Part shown: positions 61,220 to 64,000 of the stretch, piece after piece | Layout: every line of letters begins with the position of its first letter | How positions within the stretch are numbered: position 1 is the stretch's first letter | Assembly: GCF_964355755.1 (NCBI RefSeq) | Contig: NC_092678.1 | Span: 8,076,422 to 8,140,421, forward strand | Origin: Antedon mediterranea | Lineage: Eukaryota; Animalia; Echinodermata | Direction of reading: 5' to 3' | Length of the DNA: 64,000 nucleotides | Notes under the pieces: generated by a model | What the model was told of the DNA's origin: nothing | What the model saw: only the letters and a program-made list of their open reading frames with translations | Databases searched by the model: none | Position numbers and translations under genes: made by a program

Positions 61220-63274
61220 CAGGGGTGGCACCAGGATCTTCCCGACGCGGGGGCTACATTCCCCGACGAGGGGGCTATGCGAGCGAAGCGAGCGTCACTA
61301 GGCTGGGGGCCAGGGGGCCGCCAAGGGCCCCCGGTGGGGGTCGAGGGGGGGGGGGGAGAAGCCCCCGGAAGCAACGCGTTCTAGCGTCATTTGAGGTCAT
61401 TTTAATCAGATTTAGGGTAGCAATTTTTTCCATTTTTAGTCGCGTGGAAGCGACTCTATAGTTCACTATGTCGGTCGGTCGGTCTGTCTGTCGGTCTGTC
61501 TGTCGGTCTGTCTGTCTGTCTGTCGGTCCGGTATCACTATGCGTTTTATCGCTTTATGACCTTATCTTGATATCAGTTTAATCTAGCTAAGTCAATTTTT
61601 CACAGAATATTCCTTATGGCCAGGAATCGATGTGGTTATGTTTTCACGGTGCGCAAAAAAAAATTACGCGGTCTACGCACGATTTAACGAAATCACGTTT
61701 GTAATCATATCTTAACAACCATGAATCACAATTAAATAAAATTTGGTACTCATAAATTTCAGGGCATAAATCATCATATGGCAATACAATTACGTGCGTA
61801 GCGCATGTAACGCATGCGTACGCGCGCTTAAAATTTTCAAAATTTATTTTCGATGAAATAAGAGTACGTTTCAGGCAATTTTAAGCGTTTACAAAATTGC
61901 CATGAGTGCGCAGATTTTTGCGCGCGCACTGCGCGTTAAATGTTATTGCGCACTCTTTTTGCCCGATTTCTGTTTTCTTGACTTACTTTTCAACTCGAAA
62001 TTACGTTATAAGAGCACGTCAAAAGTGACAGGCTACGCACGTGTAACTTAAAAAAATATAAATGTTTTTAAACATTTCAACATTTTTAAACATGTTCAGT
62101 AATTTCGGTCAGTATAGTTCACTATGTCGGTCGGTCCGTCTGTCTGTCGGTCTGTCTGTCTGTCGGTCTGTTTGTCTGTCGGTCCGGTATCACTATGCAT
62201 TTATAGCACGCGACTTAATGGCTGTTGGCCTTGTTTATAATGCATAAGGCCTAAATAAAATACTGCATGCAAAAAAACGATGCGCGATGACTGTTTAAAT
62301 CCATATTTTTCAATTTAAAAAATAAAAGTTGAAAGAAAATTTAGAAAAATAGAGTTGGAGGTCCCGGAAATTGGACTTATTATACTTCAAAACATGAAAC
62401 AAAATATATAAGTCCCTATCATGGTTGTGACTGAGCTAAGAAATGTTTGAAAAATAGAGATGTTAGGTCCCGGAAAATGCACTTCTTGTACTTCGAAATA
62501 TGACCAGCTTTATTGTTGGGGCTGAGCTAAGAAAATGTTTAAAACTAGAGGCTGCAGGTCTTCAAAAAATTGCATTTTATACTTTGGAAACATCAGGCCT
62601 AGAAGCTTAAAAAACGCAAGCGTAGACCTTTTTCAGTCGGGGAAATAAGTTTATTCCTCCCAAGTGTATGCGTGCGTACCATCTGGACCTCCGAGTGGTG
62701 AGAAATTCATGACATACAGGACATTGTAATAACTTAGCTAAAATAAGATGTTGGCTAAGCGAAAATGGCATGTTTTTTTGTTTAGTAAATGGATGAAAAT
62801 TTTATTTTAGGTGCCCCACGGTATTGTATATTATATTCCCCGACAAAAGTACCCGTGTTCCCTTCGGTATTTCCCTTCGGTAACCGTCGGTAAACTTTGC
62901 CTGGAAAATAACTACATTACACATTTTGGTCCCTGGATGGAACTTGATATCACGCGTCTCGACCCAACGTTGAACGATTCGTACAAAGGGATACCGCCAG
63001 ACAAGTGCGTACCTAGCTAATGTTTAGTAGTAAGTTAGATCGCTGGCAATAATGAATGCATAAAAGTGCATAATAGCCCTCTGACGTACTGTCACGGTCA
63101 ATGGAACGTCGTGGTTTTCTAGGCGCTGAAGCTGTATGAAGTGAACGCGAACGTTTTTTACTGTATATTATATTCCCCGACAAAAAGTACCCGTGTTCCC
63201 CGACGGGGGGGCTAGGCTCCCCGACGAGAGGGCTAGAGCCCCCGTAGCCCCCCCCCCCCCCCGCGCCACCACTG
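61220..63274. mobile_element. Non-autonomous hAT element
   Basis: 8-bp TSD ATTGAGTC (61212-61219, 63275-63282); CAGGGGTGGC/GCCACCACTG TIRs; subterminal CCCGACG..GGGCT motifs. Confidence 0.88.
61435..62235 (+). mobile_element. Helentron-associated DINE-1/HINE-like element nested in the hAT element
   Basis: T-rich insertion site, subterminal inverted repeat AGTCGCGTG/CACGCGACT, duplicated (GTCG/GTCT)n microsatellite block, short 3' GGC..GCC hairpin followed by TTGTT. Confidence 0.7.
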
Positions 63275-63346
63275 ATTGAGTCATGAGAAATATCATAAGA
63301 CCATACTTCATGGTCTTTGGATGAAATGTAAATAAAAATATTACTA

Positions 63347-63631
63347 AGCACTAAATGTAAAAAGTGGTCTCCAGAAAAGGATGACCAGCTAGTGAAGGAG
63401 ATGATTATACTGGATCCTTTCCAGTACAGAGAAAGAACACAGCAACGTGGAAAAGTATGGAAAGACATTGCAAGCAATAATTCACCATCTTTTGACATCA
63501 ACTTAGATGGAACAAATGTGAGGGATCGGTGGAATATATTAAAGGAAAAGTTGAGGGCAAAATTCAATAATGAGATAAGGGGGTCTGATCCACCAGCATC
63601 AGAAACAACCATAGAAGATTTGCTAAGTTAA
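63347..63631 (+). pseudogene. Myb/SANT-like domain exon
   Basis: KWSPEKDDQLVKEMIILDPFQY..RGKVWKDIA...VRDRWNILK pattern; no clear start or continuation. Confidence 0.6.
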
Positions 63632-63736
63632 TATAAGATGGATGGAGTGATGGAGCACAAGCTGCAAGTAAAGTGGTTCATTTCAGACTAAATCATTGTA
63701 AAAACTGACAGAAAAACAGGCTTAAGAGGTAGAGCA

Positions 63737-63950
63737 TTACTTTTTTTCAATTATACGGAGCATGAGCTCCATTTGTTTATTCATTTGAACGTTTTGATTT
63801 TGTATCTGTTGACGAGTTAATTCCATTTGTTCTTTCAACATACTTGATTGCGTCTCTTCAGCTTTCTTCTTAGCAGCAGCATCACTCTCCATTTTCACTT
63901 TTAAAAATGCCATGGTACTACTTGCCCTGCTTTTTTTGGCATTTACCTCT
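63737..63950 (-). CDS. Terminal coiled-coil exon of a PHIS accessory gene continuing beyond the window
   Basis: aacag acceptor, open frame EVNAKKSRASSTMAFLKVKME...QQIQNQNVQMNKQMELMLRIIEKK then TAA; convergent with the transposase. Confidence 0.55.
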
Positions 63951-64000
63951 CTGTTAATATATAAAAATAAAAATATATGTCCAAATAATAATATTGTGCA

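Noticed and set aside
61177-61466. Pro/Gly-rich ORFs
   Set aside because: GC-rich hAT subterminal sequence with G/C homopolymers.

Overview
AT-rich animal (metazoan) genomic DNA with spliceosomal introns; a marine invertebrate, possibly an echinoderm, is my inference from the repeat types. Positions 1-22 kb carry five small minus-strand exons that reconstruct the C-terminal part of a PICALM/AP180-family clathrin assembly protein, plus a candidate 3-nt microexon. These sit among minisatellites, three TTAA-flanked Kolobok-like elements, a Nin-type SINE, a ~375-bp satellite with a fold-back inversion and a BEL-like solo LTR. Positions 22-64 kb are a deeply nested transposon pile: a decayed minus-strand Gypsy with an extra C2H2 zinc-finger ORF (an Academ-type element in its LTR, a young Gmr1-type PR-IN-RT-RH Gypsy in its integrase), a multi-exon MULE transposase pseudogene, an IS3EU-like remnant, an AcademH-like element (RecQ-like helicase convergent with an 8-exon DDE transposase, itself hit by a 5S+tRNA+CORE SINE, a solo LTR and a hAT-like insert), and two PIF/Harbinger-type elements with Myb/SANT partners, hAT MITEs and a Helentron/DINE-like insert. 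There is no CRISPR array and no prokaryotic system. Family assignments come from motif recognition by eye, not database searches; coordinates were hand-counted and may be off by a few bases.
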